From contig CAWDSQ010000026.1 in the NCBI GenBank assembly GCA_963804955.1, forward strand, positions 32,001 to 96,000: a DNA stretch of 64,000 bases, written 5' to 3'. This document shows, one piece after another, positions 1 to 10,582 of the stretch. This DNA comes from an uncultured delta proteobacterium. GTDB lineage: Bacteria > Desulfobacterota > WTBG01 > CAIYCZ01 > CAIRTM01. Below the pieces are notes generated by a model, which was given only the letters and a program-made list of their open reading frames with translations, was not told where the DNA came from and searched no databases. A program made the translations under genes and the position numbers. Every line of letters begins with the position of its first letter. Position 1 is the first letter of the stretch.

Positions 1-30
1 AGCGCCATGGTAAGTCTGCTGTCTTGCTTT

Positions 31-353
31 TCACAGCAGCGATAGCAGAAACTGATTCATCGATACACCTGCTTCAGCGGATTTTATGGCAAGCTCACGA
101 TGCTTCTCCGGCGGTATCCTCAGTGTAAGATGCCCTTGTATTTGCGCAGGCTCAATGGCGCCGGCACCGGCTCTTTTTCCTCCTGCATCCAGGCAATGGA
201 GGCAGCCACCACGGCCCTGATTTCCTTTAGCGCCTTATCCGCTGTTTTTCCGTGAGCCCCGAGTGACGGGAACTCAAGACACCGGGCCACATGGCATTTG
301 TCTTCATCAGACCATTCAATACGGTACGTGTATTTATCAATCACCGAGTTCAT
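31..353 (-). CDS. hicB: HicB-family antitoxin (one frameshift near 130)
   Basis: ORF 120..353 (YTYRIEWSDED...ARCLEFPSL.AHGKT...AL) continues in another frame as TLRIPPEKHRELAIKSAEAGVSMNQFLLSLL* (ribbon-helix-helix tail) ending at 31; directly downstream of a HicA-like gene. Confidence 0.85.
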
Positions 354-586
354 CAGGTTTCCTCCTGAAATTTTTTAATGGCTTTGAGCACGTCGCGAAC
401 CTGATACGGCTTTGCCTTGCTGCCGTCACGCTGCAGGTTCAAGCGAGGGTCACCCTGCCACGGAGTTTTAAATATGTGGTGGCTGCCGCTTATACGCGGT
501 TTTCCGAAATACCGCTGGCAGATTGTCAGCAGATCTGCAAAGCGCACATTATTTGGATTTGCCGGCAGTTTTGCCTCTTCTTTCAT
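353..586 (-). CDS. hicA: HicA-like toxin
   Basis: 77 aa, NPNNVRFADL...GSHHIFKTPWQGDPRLNLQ...KAKPYQVR; its stop overlaps the antitoxin start. Confidence 0.85.
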   Translation of the reverse strand: MKEEAKLPANPNNVRFADLLTICQRYFGKPRISGSHHIFKTPWQGDPRLNLQRDGSKAKPYQVRDVLKAIKKFQEET

Positions 587-628
587 ATGGTAAAAATGAT
601 AGCATATGCGCTATCGGCTGTCAACGGC

Positions 629-960
629 CTGCGCAAGTGTAGCAGGCCGTTGAGTTTGTGAACTTCTTCATCATCGTTGCTGCCATGGCCCTGCCGGGCA
701 TGGCCCTTGTGCCCTTTATTCCTTTAGTTTGTAGGGTGCGCCGCGCGCACCGGTAACGGCAGGTTATTGTGTTGTTATGCCTGCAGTCTGAAAACCCGGA
801 TTGGCGATGGGGTTTTAAATTTAATTTTTGTTTGATTATCGGTGCGCACGGCGCACCCTACGGACTGCGCAAGTGTAGCAGGCCGTTGAGTTTGTGAACT
901 TCTTCATTATCGTTGCTGCCATGGCCCTGCCGGGCATGGCCCTTGTGCCCTTTATTCCTT
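629..960. repeat. 96-bp direct repeat (629-724 and 865-960) flanking an inverted GTAG-REP pair
   Basis: The two copies differ at one base; between them GTAGGGTGCGCCGCGCGCACC (731-751) and its near reverse complement (841-861). Confidence 0.9.
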
Positions 961-1082
961 CAAAAAACTTAAGATATTCGCCTCGGCGGAACGCCCCACC
1001 CTGAACCCCGTCCCCCGATCCCTGACCCCTGCTCCCCCCCTACCCCTGCCAGTGCGGCCGCGAGGAAGTCCACCGGGCAATC

Positions 1083-2315
1083 TCATCCTGCAAGCCAGCC
1101 CTCAAGTCCCTGCGCAAGATAGAAGCGCGGCAGCAGCAGATCATCATCAACAGCAATAACTCCGTCAGAAACCGCGCTGCGGGCAAGCCCGGTATCGGGA
1201 TATATGCGTATGCCTGCGGTAAGCTTTAAAAAATCAAGAGGCAGGGAATCGGCAAAAGCAAGGCTCTCAAGCACGGTCTCGCGCGTCTCGCCCGGCCCGC
1301 CCAGCAGCAGATAGCCATTGAGTTTAATGCCGTGGTTCTTAAAAAGCTGTGCCGCCTGCCGAACATCATCAGGAGAAAATCGCTTGCGCATGTTTTTAAG
1401 TATGGCCGGGCTGCCGCTTTCAAAACCCAGGGCCACTTCGATGCACCCGGCACGGGCCATGTCGGCAACCAGAGCTTCATCAATTTTATACGGATAGACA
1501 ATGCATGTCCACTGACGTCAAGCGCTGCATCGATAAAAGCCCGGCACAGGCCGCGGGCATAATCCGCAGGGAGGTTGAATGTATTGTCTGTGCAGTAGAA
1601 ACGCTTAAATCCTGCTTCCACCTGGCGGCGGATATGGGCTGCCACAGCCTGCGGGTCGCGCTTGCGGAGGGCCGTGCCTTCGATACTGGCTGTTGAGCAG
1701 TAGGTGCACGCAAGGGGGCAGCCGCGCCGTGTCTGAAACGGCAGCCAGAGATCCTGCCGCCCCTCCATGGGGCATGGCCAGAGCGCCGGATCGGGCTGCG
1801 GCAGCTTGTTCAGGTCAAGGATGGAGCAGATTTTTTTAAACGGGGAGCGGCCCTTGACATACACGCCCTTGATCATGGCAACATCGACACCCATGCGCAG
1901 ATGGTCGAGCACAGCGGGCAGCGCTGCCTCGCCATCGCCCTTAATGCCGATATCGCCGTCAAGCCATTCAAGCAGCAGCTCCGGATACATGCTGTAGCCA
2001 GCACCTCCCAGAATTATGGGGGCTTTTGAAAGCCTGCGGCAACTCGCAACTATCGACCTGAAGCGGCTCAAGAAGAAACCGGGTTTCGCGCATGCTCTGA
2101 TCATCGATATTGCGCACCGATATTCCGATGGCATCAGGGGCAAAGGCCGCAATCGCCTCTGCCGCCTGCTGTGCGGCATCGCTGCCGGCGGTACTATCCA
2201 GAATCCGCACCTCATGCCCATCCCGCTGCGCAGCCGTTGCAACGCTGACAAGGCCGAGGGGCAATGTGGGCATAATCAGATCGGGCATGGAAAGGGAAAT
2301 AAACAGAACTTTCAT
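1083..2315 (-). CDS. B12-binding domain radical SAM protein (two frameshifts)
   Basis: ORFs 1968..2315, 1226..2251 and 1083..1460 join: N-terminal PLGL...GHEV cobalamin-binding region, RGCPLACTYC cluster motif, LGFESGS, LLGGPGET. Confidence 0.85.
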
Positions 2316-2560
2316 AAGTTTTTTCTATACCATGAAGTCATGATGCTTTACATTGTTTTTACCGGCAGACAATATTTGACATCCCCTGCCGCCTGGGTTA
2401 ATACATTATTACTGATTCGTTCCCGAACGAAAAGCCGTTTTTTAGAAATTGAATGTAATCCGCCGCGGCGGAGATAGCTAAAAAATACTTGGCTTAGTAC
2501 AGCGCCCCATAAACAAGGCGACCCTATTAATTTGACACAAAAAAATACGACCGTGATTCA

Positions 2561-2790
2561 ATCCCCCTTTGGAAAAGGGGGATACAGGGGGATTTTTAGC
2601 ATCCTGACAAATCCCCCTAACCCCCTTTGCTAAGAGGCTGTGTCACAATTGATTTATTAATGTCATTTCGAATCCGCCGCAGGCGGTGAGAAATCTTAAG
2701 CCCTTGATTTTACTTACTACAAAGATCTCTCCCTTCGGTCGAGATGACAGCAAAGTTAATTGCGACACAGTCTCTAAAGGGGGAATTTTT
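2561..2790. repeat. CCCCCTTT/AAAGGGGG palindromic repeat interrupted by a MITE
   Basis: Same repeat occurs uninterrupted at 36261-36347. Confidence 0.85.
2634..2774. mobile_element. 141-bp MITE, TIR GAGGCTGTGTCACAATT / AATTGCGACACAGTCTC, TAA target-site duplication, internal TGTCA-type REP doublet
   Basis: TAA at 2631-2633 and 2775-2777; the empty site CTTTGC-TAA-AGGGGGAA is present at 36324-36340. Confidence 0.85.
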
Positions 2791-2819
2791 TCGCCCCCTC
2801 TTGTGTGGAGTTTTGTACT

Positions 2820-2969
2820 TAGAGCATTTAACAAAATACTGTACCCTTTTGTCATTTCGAGCGCAGCGAGAAATCTTAGACTTTTATGCTGCTGCATGCC
2901 TAAGATCTCTCCCTTCGGTCGAGATGACAGACAACTAAAAACGGCTACATGTTTTAGATAAATGCTCTA
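2820..2969. mobile_element. MITE-like element, TIR TAGAGCATTTA, internal TGTCA-type REP doublet
   Basis: TAGAGCATTTAACAAAA ... TTTTAGATAAATGCTCTA enclosing TGTCATTTCGAGCGCAGCGAGAAATCT ... AGATCTCTCCCTTCGGTCGAGATGACA. Confidence 0.75.
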
Positions 2970-3014
2970 GGTTTTCGTTCAGCCACTAATTGCGCTTTCA
3001 GAGATATAGTACTT

Positions 3015-3422
3015 ATGAAAGAAATTCTTTTTCTGCACCCGGTCGGCCAGTCATTTGCTTTTGCCTGCGGACTGTTCAACCTGATTACCGGCCTGACGCG
3101 CAAAATGTTCAATATCTCCATCCATATCAATTGCGGGGCAATATATTATTTCACCACGCTGCTGGGCGCAGGGCTGGGTATTGTCGCAGCAAAATGGGGG
3201 GACAAAAACGGCATCCCCATCGATATGGAGGTGCATGAAATGTCAGCCATGGTCATGGCGCTGCTGCTTGCCATGGGCGCGACAACCGGCCTTGTCATGC
3301 TGGCAAAACGCGAAAAGCGGGCCGTGCTGCTGAAATATCACCGCTGGATAAATATCCTGAGCATTGCCCTTTTCTGCGCGCAGGGAGTAACCGGCATGGC
3401 CCAGCTTATAAAGCTCATGTGA
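3015..3422 (+). CDS. Small 4-TM membrane protein with several His residues (DUF4079 / cytochrome b561-like)
   Basis: Four hydrophobic segments, His in LHP, IHIN, VHE and YHRW. Confidence 0.6.
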   Translation: MKEILFLHPVGQSFAFACGLFNLITGLTRKMFNISIHINCGAIYYFTTLLGAGLGIVAAKWGDKNGIPIDMEVHEMSAMVMALLLAMGATTGLVMLAKREKRAVLLKYHRWINILSIALFCAQGVTGMAQLIKLM

Positions 3423-3471
3423 TACCGCAGGCCCTGTTTCACAAAACCCCATTATTCCATACACATCACCT

Positions 3472-4408
3472 ATGCAGTTTGCAATTGAAGCTCAATCACT
3501 TGTCAAAAAATATGGCGGCTTTGCTGCGCTGGACGATATAAACCTTGTGGTGAACCGCGGGGAAATATTCGGCTTTCTCGGGCCCAACGGCGCCGGTAAA
3601 AGCACATTCGTCAAAATCCTCCTCAATCTTGTGCATGCCACATCAGGCAGCGCGCGGATTTTCGGTGAGCAGATAACCAGGCCTCAGGCTCGAAAAACTG
3701 TTGGTTTTCTGCCGGAAAATATTCGCGCCTATCCCTATTTGAGCATTGAGGAATTTCTTCGCTTCCATGGAGAACTAATCGGAATATCTTCAAAAAAAAT
3801 TAATGAAGATATAAGCGCCTGCCTGCGCGATGTAGCCCTTGAATCCGTGCGCACCCAGAAAATCGGCACCCTGTCAAAAGGCATGCTGCAGAGAACAGGC
3901 ATAGCCCAGGCAATACTTGGTAATCCCGAGCTGCTGATTCTCGATGAACCCACCTCCGGCCTTGACCCCATCGGCTTTACCGAACTGCGCCGCCTGCTGC
4001 TTGAAATGAAGGCCCGGGGCACAACCATATTTCTCAATTCGCATCTGCTCTCAGAAGTGGAGCGGACCTGCGATCGCGTGGCAATACTTAATAAAGGCAA
4101 AATAATCAAAATCGGCTCCAGAGACGACCTGTCAGACAGGGGTAAGCATCTTGAGGTGGTGGCTGAGGGCTTTACCGACGGCATGAGGAACGCCATCAAT
4201 GCACTTTCTCAATAAAAGTCTTGAAAGTGACGGAAAATACTTGCGAATATTTCTTTCTGATGAAAAAGATTCTGTCACTGTCCACCGCATCATTGTCGAG
4301 GCAGGCGGCTGGGTGCAGTCGCTTGCGTGGAAGTCTGAATCCCTTGAAGAACTTTTTTACAGACTGGTAAAACATGAAGATATGGGCTTTAACAAAGATC
4401 GGCCTTAA
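3472..4408 (+). CDS. ABC transporter ATP-binding protein (frameshift near 4210)
   Basis: GPNGAGKST, LSKGM signature, LILDEPTSGLDP, SH switch; C-terminal ESLEELF is in the next frame. Confidence 0.9.
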
Positions 4409-5177
4409 AGAATGCCTCAGGCAGCGCGTGGTCTATTTCATCTTTTTGATCTCGCTGCTGTTTGTTTTGATGGCAAAAGGCTGCGATATCGGCTCGATCA
4501 AGGGTGAAAGCCTCCTTATCGGCAAAGAGGCGCGCCAGGGCATTACCCTTGGGATATCCTTTCATGGCATTGTTTTCTGGAGCATCATGCTGTGCGGGCT
4601 GCTGGCCTCCCAGGTTCTCACGCGCGACATGGATGAAGGGTTTGCTTCCGTCACGCTTGCAAGGCCTTTAAGCAGAGACGCATTTATAGCGGGTAAACTG
4701 CTGCCAGTTCTTATTATTTCCGCTATCAACCTTACTGTTTTAGGCTGGCTTTTCTGCTGGTTTTTCTACAGGGCCGCCGGCACTGTTACCATGCAGATTC
4801 CGCTCAGTTTTTTATTTATGACAGTGAGCATTGCACTGTACGGGCTTATGATCTGCTGCCTGTCGCTGTTCATTCCGAGGCTGCTGGCGCCGCTTGCCGG
4901 CATTGTGCTGTATTTGCTGAGCTGCTGGTCGTCGCTGCCCTATTTTTTTGAAAACCTGAAAATACTCTGGACCCCCTCCGCAACAGTGCAGCGGCTGCAT
5001 ATGCTGCTGCCGAAATTCGGGGATCTGCAGTTTATCGGCGCTTCCATTTTAAGCGGGGAGAAACCCTTCGAAGCCGTGAACCCCATGATTATACTCTGCA
5101 ATACGCAATCTATGCCTGCGTGTTCTGGTATGTCACGGCCTGGGCCTTCAAGCGGCGGGAACTGTAAGAAGTATTGA
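4374..5177 (+). CDS. ABC-2 type transporter permease
   Basis: Multiple TM helices, LARPLSR..FIAGK motif, overlaps the ATPase gene. Confidence 0.85.
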   Translation: MKIWALTKIGLKECLRQRVVYFIFLISLLFVLMAKGCDIGSIKGESLLIGKEARQGITLGISFHGIVFWSIMLCGLLASQVLTRDMDEGFASVTLARPLSRDAFIAGKLLPVLIISAINLTVLGWLFCWFFYRAAGTVTMQIPLSFLFMTVSIALYGLMICCLSLFIPRLLAPLAGIVLYLLSCWSSLPYFFENLKILWTPSATVQRLHMLLPKFGDLQFIGASILSGEKPFEAVNPMIILCNTQSMPACSGMSRPGPSSGGNCKKY

Positions 5178-5202
5178 TACTACAGCCCGATTCTGCTATA
5201 GT
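5174..5202 (+). promoter_or_regulatory. Putative sigma70 promoter of efp
   Basis: TTGATA-17 nt-TATAGT with extended TG; RBS AAGGAG before ATG 5256. Confidence 0.6.
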
Positions 5203-5255
5203 CTGCTCATTCACAGACATGCTGTTTAAACCTCAACCATTAAGGAGAAACACCC

Positions 5256-5820
5256 ATGATAGATACGACCGCTATCAGGAAAAACCTGAAGCTGCTTATT
5301 GACAACGATCCCTGGATCGTTGTGGATTTCCAGTTCGTCAAGCCCGGCAAAGGTCAGGCCATTCACCCGCACAAAGCTGAAAAACCTGATTTCCGGCAAT
5401 ACCATGGAGCGCACCTATAAATCGGGCGAAAAGCTCGAAGAGGCCCGCATAGATGAAAACGAAATGGTCTTCCTCTATCAGCAGGGCAAAAACTACACCT
5501 TCATGGACAATACCACCTATGAGCAGGTCGAGCTTACGGAAGATCATGTGGGTGATGCAAAGAATTTTCTTGTCGAGAATATGAATGTCGAAGTGCTGTT
5601 CTTTGACGGTCGCCCGATCAGCGTCGAGGTGCAGAACTTCGTAAATCTGCAGATCGTTGAAACCGAGCCCGCCACCAAGGGCGACACGGTCAGCGGCGCC
5701 ACCAAGCCTGCCACTCTTTCAACCGGACATACGGTCAATGTGCCGCTTTTTGTCAATAATGAAGAGTGGATCGTCATCGACACGCGCAACGGATCATATG
5801 TGGAGCGGGTAAAAAAATGA
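5256..5820 (+). CDS. efp: Elongation factor P (frameshift near 5360)
   Basis: MIDTTAIRKNLK...FQFVKPGKGQA then FTRTKLKNL...KGDTVSGATKPATLSTG...VPLFV...IDTRNGSYVER. Confidence 0.95.
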
Positions 5821-6737
5821 GCGGGCAGCCCTCCGCGCGCACCATGTTCCCCGGCGATTTCGCCGCAACGCTCCGTCTCAGACACAGCATCATACAGCAC
5901 ATTCGCCGGTTTTTCGACACCAGCGGCTATACCGAGGTCGAAACACCGATCAGAGTACCATGCCCCTGCATAGACATCTACATAGATGCCTTCCCTGCAG
6001 GGGCATCTCTTTTTCTGTCGACATCTCCGGAATTTCACATGAAAAGGCTGCTGCGCTTAAACCTTGAGCGCATCTACCAGATAGGGCGCGCTTTTCGCGC
6101 TGAAGAGGCGGGAAGGCATCACAGCTCTGAGTTCACCATGCTTGAATGGTACCGCACCGGTACGGATTATCTTGGCATTATGGAGGAAACCGAGCAGCTT
6201 GTGCGCCGCCTTGTCGAAGCGCTCGGGCCGCGGTGCGCCCCCCTCAGCTTTCCGTTTGGCCGCATGACCGTTGCCGAGCTGTACGGAAAGCATGCCGGCT
6301 GGGATCCCGTCACGGGGTGGGATGAAGACCGCTATTTCCGCGACTGGGCTGACAAAATCGAGCCTGCCCTTGCCGGGCTTGGCGCATTCTTCCTGATGGA
6401 TTTCCCTGCCCCCCTTGCCGCGCTGAGCCGCATCAAACAGGACGAACCTCTGGCCTGCGAGCGGTTCGAGCTCTTTATCCGCGGCCTTGAAATCGGCAAT
6501 GCCTACAGCGAGCTTCTGGACTATGATGAGCATGTCCGAAGGTTTGAGCATGCTGCTGCAGCCCGCAGGGCAATGGGCAGGCAGCCCTACCCCGCTGATG
6601 AAGGATTTCTGGAAACGCTCAGGCTGGGCCTCCCGCCATGCGGCGGCATGGCTGTGGGTGTCGACCGCCTCATCATGGCCCTTCTGGGGCTTGACCACAT
6701 AAACCTTGTGCAGGCATTCCCGGCGGAAAGGCTCTGA
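5817..6737 (+). CDS. epmA: EF-P lysine aminoacylase (EpmA/GenX)
   Basis: Class II LysRS catalytic domain only: EVETP, TSPEFHMKRLL, FRAEE, EFTMLEWY, ERFELFI.GLEIGNAYSEL, GVDRLIM; ATGA overlap with efp. Confidence 0.92.
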   Translation: MSGQPSARTMFPGDFAATLRLRHSIIQHIRRFFDTSGYTEVETPIRVPCPCIDIYIDAFPAGASLFLSTSPEFHMKRLLRLNLERIYQIGRAFRAEEAGRHHSSEFTMLEWYRTGTDYLGIMEETEQLVRRLVEALGPRCAPLSFPFGRMTVAELYGKHAGWDPVTGWDEDRYFRDWADKIEPALAGLGAFFLMDFPAPLAALSRIKQDEPLACERFELFIRGLEIGNAYSELLDYDEHVRRFEHAAAARRAMGRQPYPADEGFLETLRLGLPPCGGMAVGVDRLIMALLGLDHINLVQAFPAERL

Positions 6738-6738
6738 T

Positions 6739-7418
6739 ATGCTGCGCAAAAAGCCGTACCTGAAAATATTTGCCCATAAGCCGGACATCTTCGCCGCGTT
6801 TCCGGCAGAGGTTCTGAACGAGCAGGCCGCAGACCGGTTGCGGCAGATACCCCGGCTTGCCGTTGCCGAAATCGCAGGCCCGGCAGACCTGCCTGCTCTG
6901 CGCGAGCTGCTGAAACACCACAGGCCTGATGGCCTGCTGCCCACGTTGTCCTATACCGGCACTGAATACGGCGACTGGGCGCAGCTCGGCACTATGGCGG
7001 CAGCGCTAAAAAAACCTTCGAGAAAGAACTGAACATTTATGTCGCCGAGCCCGTGGTGCTGGGCTCTCCCGGGCTCTGGAAAGCGCTGCGGGAGGCGCAT
7101 GGCGGGGAGCTGAAGCAGCGCTTCGGCGTTGCCTGCCCCTGCCTTGGGTGCAGGCTGTACAGCTACGTGCTTCGCGTTCCCCTGTGCAAAAAAGTCGATG
7201 CCCGGTTTTTCATTCCGTCGGTGCACGGTCTGGTTCAGCGCGGCTGCCCGGCCCATACGGCGCCGATTGAGAGAAAATACTTGACCTTTCTCATGTCCGG
7301 CTACGGCATTGATGTCTGGCATCAGGGACTGCATCATGAGCAGGCCGGCGATGAGGCGCCTGCCTGTCCTGCGTTCTCACCCCTGACGACGGCAACGGAA
7401 TGCCGCATGAAAAACTAA
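6739..7418 (+). CDS. Hypothetical protein with CxCxxC motif (frameshift near 7015)
   Basis: ORFs 6706..7032 and 7053..7418 join across an A-run; AVAEIAG, YTGTEYGDW, CPCLGCRLY. Confidence 0.6.
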
Positions 7419-7566
7419 CCCGGTACTTCGAGCTCTTCGCCCTTCCCGCAGCAGGCGGCATACTGAGCCTTGCGGTCTTCGGCGCAACGGTTGACTATGC
7501 CCGGATTATTTCCCAGACAGCGCAGCAAAAAAAACCAACGGGTAAATTATAGCAGCAGGGGGTTGC

Positions 7567-8472
7567 ATGGATTTCAATCAGGATACCTTTGAACGGATTG
7601 TCAACAGCCTTCATGACGGCCTTTATTTTGTCGATCCGAACAGATGCATCACCTACTGGAACAAGGCGGCAGAAAGGATAACCGGCTACACGGCCGCAGA
7701 GGTGCTCGGCCGGTCCTGCTCGGACAATATCCTGACGCATGTTGACGCCGACGGAAACCATCTCTGCACGGCTGTATGCCCGCTGGCCGCCACCATTGCC
7801 GATGGCGCAGCTCGCAGCTCGGAAATTTATCTGCACCATAAAGACGGCCACAGGATTCCCATATCCGTGCGCACCAGCACACTGACCGATACCGCAGGAA
7901 GCGTCATCGGAGGCATTGAACTGTTCACCGACATCAGCCACCAGGCAGTCAGCCAGCTGCGGATACGGGAACTGGAAAAAATGGCCCTGATCGACAAACT
8001 GACTGAGCTGCCCAACAGGCGCTATCTTGAAAAAGAGCTGCACAATAAGTTTGAAGAAAAAAAACGCCTCAACTTCCCGTTTGGCATCCTTTTTATCGAT
8101 ATTGATCATTTTAAAAAGTTCAATGATACCTACGGGCATGATGTCGGCGACAAGGTTCTTGCCTGCGTCGCCAGAACCTTCACCGCCAACTCCAGGCCTT
8201 TTGACATCTATGGCCGCTGGGGAGGGGAGGAATTTATCGGCATCTTACATATTTCCACGGGCGATGACATGGAGCATCTTGCAGACAGGCTGCGCATGCT
8301 GGTTGAAAACTCCTATATCATGCATGAGGGGGAAAGGCTGATCGTCACCGTGTCTCTCGGGGCCACCATCCTGCGGGATGACGATACGATTGAAAGCCTG
8401 ATAAAAAGGGCGGACGGACTTCTGTACACAAGCAAGCAGGCCGGGCGGAATCGGTTTTCTTTCAGCCCCTGA
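7567..8472 (+). CDS. PAS-domain diguanylate cyclase
   Basis: PAS domain (WNKAAERITGY..EVLGR), D.LT.LPNRR, DIDHFK.FND.YGH..GD, RWGGEEF; RPFD I-site (RxxD). Confidence 0.95.
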   Translation: MDFNQDTFERIVNSLHDGLYFVDPNRCITYWNKAAERITGYTAAEVLGRSCSDNILTHVDADGNHLCTAVCPLAATIADGAARSSEIYLHHKDGHRIPISVRTSTLTDTAGSVIGGIELFTDISHQAVSQLRIRELEKMALIDKLTELPNRRYLEKELHNKFEEKKRLNFPFGILFIDIDHFKKFNDTYGHDVGDKVLACVARTFTANSRPFDIYGRWGGEEFIGILHISTGDDMEHLADRLRMLVENSYIMHEGERLIVTVSLGATILRDDDTIESLIKRADGLLYTSKQAGRNRFSFSP

Positions 8473-8485
8473 GTGATGTCCCAAA

Positions 8486-8520
8486 AAGCAGGGGCGGCCG
8501 TCAGCCGGTCGCCCCTGCTT
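8486..8520. terminator. Hairpin between convergent genes
   Basis: AAGCAGGGGCGGCCG-tcagc-CGGTCGCCCCTGCTT. Confidence 0.7.
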
Positions 8521-8548
8521 AAACACTATACCATCCTGGGAAAATGCC

Positions 8549-10409
8549 TTAATCAAGCTGGAATTCTTCCCGCCAGTTTTTCTCTTCATTCCAGGCGGGC
8601 TGCTCGTCTTTTTTGAACAGATAATCCCCCAGCACCAGATAGTCCATCTCTGTTCGCATAAAACAGCGGTAGGCGTCATCAGGGGTGCACACAATCGGCT
8701 CTCCGCGAACATTGAAGCTCGTGTTCACCAGCACGCCGTAGCCCGTCTTTTTCTTGAAAGCTTCAAGCAGCCTCCAGAAGCGCTCATTGGTCGATTTGTT
8801 GATGCTCTGAATGCGGGCTGAATAATCAATATGGGTTATGGCGGGCACATCAGACCGCACCTGATACAGGCGGTCATACATTTTGAGCTCGTCGTAATTT
8901 GCAGGAAGCGGGTTCCTGCGGTCCTCCCGAACCGGCGCGACAAGCAGCATATACGGAGAAGGCCTGTCCAGATCAAAATAGGTGGAAATCTCTTCTTCCA
9001 TGACTGCCGGGGCAAAAGGGCGGAACCCTTCGCGATACTTGATTTTCAGGTTCAGTTTTTTCTGCATGTCAGGCAGGCAGGGGCTTCCGAGTATGCTCCT
9101 GTTGCCCAGTGCCCGGGGCCCGTATTCCATGCGGCCCTGCAGCCATCCGACAACATTCCCCTTTGCGATGAGATCTGCCACCTGCTCGCACAGCTGGGTA
9201 TAGTCGGTGAAAATAATGATGCTGCGCTTTATGCCCCTTTGCCATATGCTCGATTTCTTTGGCGCCATATTCCGGGCCAAGATAGGAGCCGTGCATTGAA
9301 TCCTGTCCCGGGGTGACATGGCGCGGTATGCCCGTTCCAATATAGGCTGCGGCATAGGCAGCCCCCACTGCGCCGCCGGCATCGCCGGCTGCAGGCTGAA
9401 TCCAGATATCCCGGAATGTGCCTCTGCGCAGCAGCTTGCCGTTTGCCACGCAGTTCAGGGCAACGCCGCCTGCCATGACAAGATAGTCGCTGCCGGTCAG
9501 CTTCTTTGCCGTTTCTGCAAGCAGAAAAATAACCTCCTCGGTTATCTGCTGGGCGGCAAGGGCAAAGTTCATATAGTGCTGGTCCAGCTCGGTCTCGGGC
9601 TTGCGCAGAGGGATGCCGAAAAGCTGCTCCCATTTGTCTTCATGACACATGGTGAGGCCTGCGGCATAATTAAAAAAATCCATGTTTAAAAGCAGTGATC
9701 CGTCTTCGCGTATATCTATGAGCGTATCAAGCATTTTCTGCTTGAAAGCGGCTGTCTCACGGCTGTCGGGCAAACCGTAGGGCGCAAGCCCCATGAGCTT
9801 ATACTCTCCGCTGTTTACTTTAAATCCGCAGTAATACGTCACAGCGGAATAAAAAAGTCCCAGCGAATGCGGAAAGTCAAGCTCTCGGCACACCTCTATT
9901 GTCCCGCCCCTGCCATGGCCGATGGTAGTGGTGGCCCATTCCCCCACGCCGTCAATGGTCAAAATGGCTGCCTCTTCAAACGGAGAAGGAAAAAAGGCAC
10001 TGGCGGCATGGGAAAGATGGTGCTCAGGGAAAAGAAGACGGGGCTTGCCCGAACCGATTTTCGCAAGCTCATCGGACAGCATTTTACGCATAAAAAGCTT
10101 TTCCTTGATCCAGACGGGCATTGCCGAAAGGAAGCTCCGCAGCCCCTGCGGCGCGAGCTCATGATAGGTTTCAAGCAGCCGCTCAAACTTCACATAGGGT
10201 TTGTCATAAAAGGCGACAGCAGAAATATCCTGCAGGCTCAGGCCGGCCTCATGCAGAACATAGCGTGCTGCATGCTCGGGGAAACCGCTGTCGTGCTTTT
10301 TGCGGGTAAACCGCTCTTCATGGGCAGCAGCTATAATAGCGCCGTCAACCAGCAGGGCAGCCGCGCTGTCATGATAATAGGCCGACAAGCCCAGTATTGC
10401 CTCAGACAT
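8549..10409 (-). CDS. Carbamoyltransferase, NodU/CmcH (SxtI-like) family (frameshift near 9210)
   Basis: YHDSAAAL, EERFTRKKHD, EHHLSHAASAF, DGVGE, GEYKLMGLAPYG, GGVALNC, GPRALGNRS, REGFRPFAP, NTSFNVRGEPIV. Confidence 0.95.
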
Positions 10410-10422
10410 ACCGCCCCCTCTG

Positions 10423-10572
10423 TTAAAAAAGTGTGTAGATAAAAGGAGCGACAGCTGAGCCGCTGGTCAAAACGATTAAAGCTCCGAAAAGAAGAAGGGT
10501 TAAAATAATAGGCAAAAGCCAGAATTTTTTTCTTGTTTTTAAAAAGCCCCAGAAGTCTTTCAGAAAATCCAT
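10423..10572 (-). CDS. DUF5989 / SxtK-like small membrane protein (49 aa, not in the ORF track)
   Basis: Manual translation MDFLKDFWGFLKTRKKFWLLPIILTLLLFGALIVLTSGSAVAPFIYTLF with upstream GGAGG. Confidence 0.9.
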   Translation of the reverse strand: MDFLKDFWGFLKTRKKFWLLPIILTLLLFGALIVLTSGSAVAPFIYTLF

Positions 10573-10582
10573 GCAGCCTCCC

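Noticed and set aside
2643..2961. ORFs over repeat regions (also 32551-32844, 36186-36425, 43785-44147, 54811-55095)
   Set aside because: Translations of REP/MITE palindromes, not protein-like.
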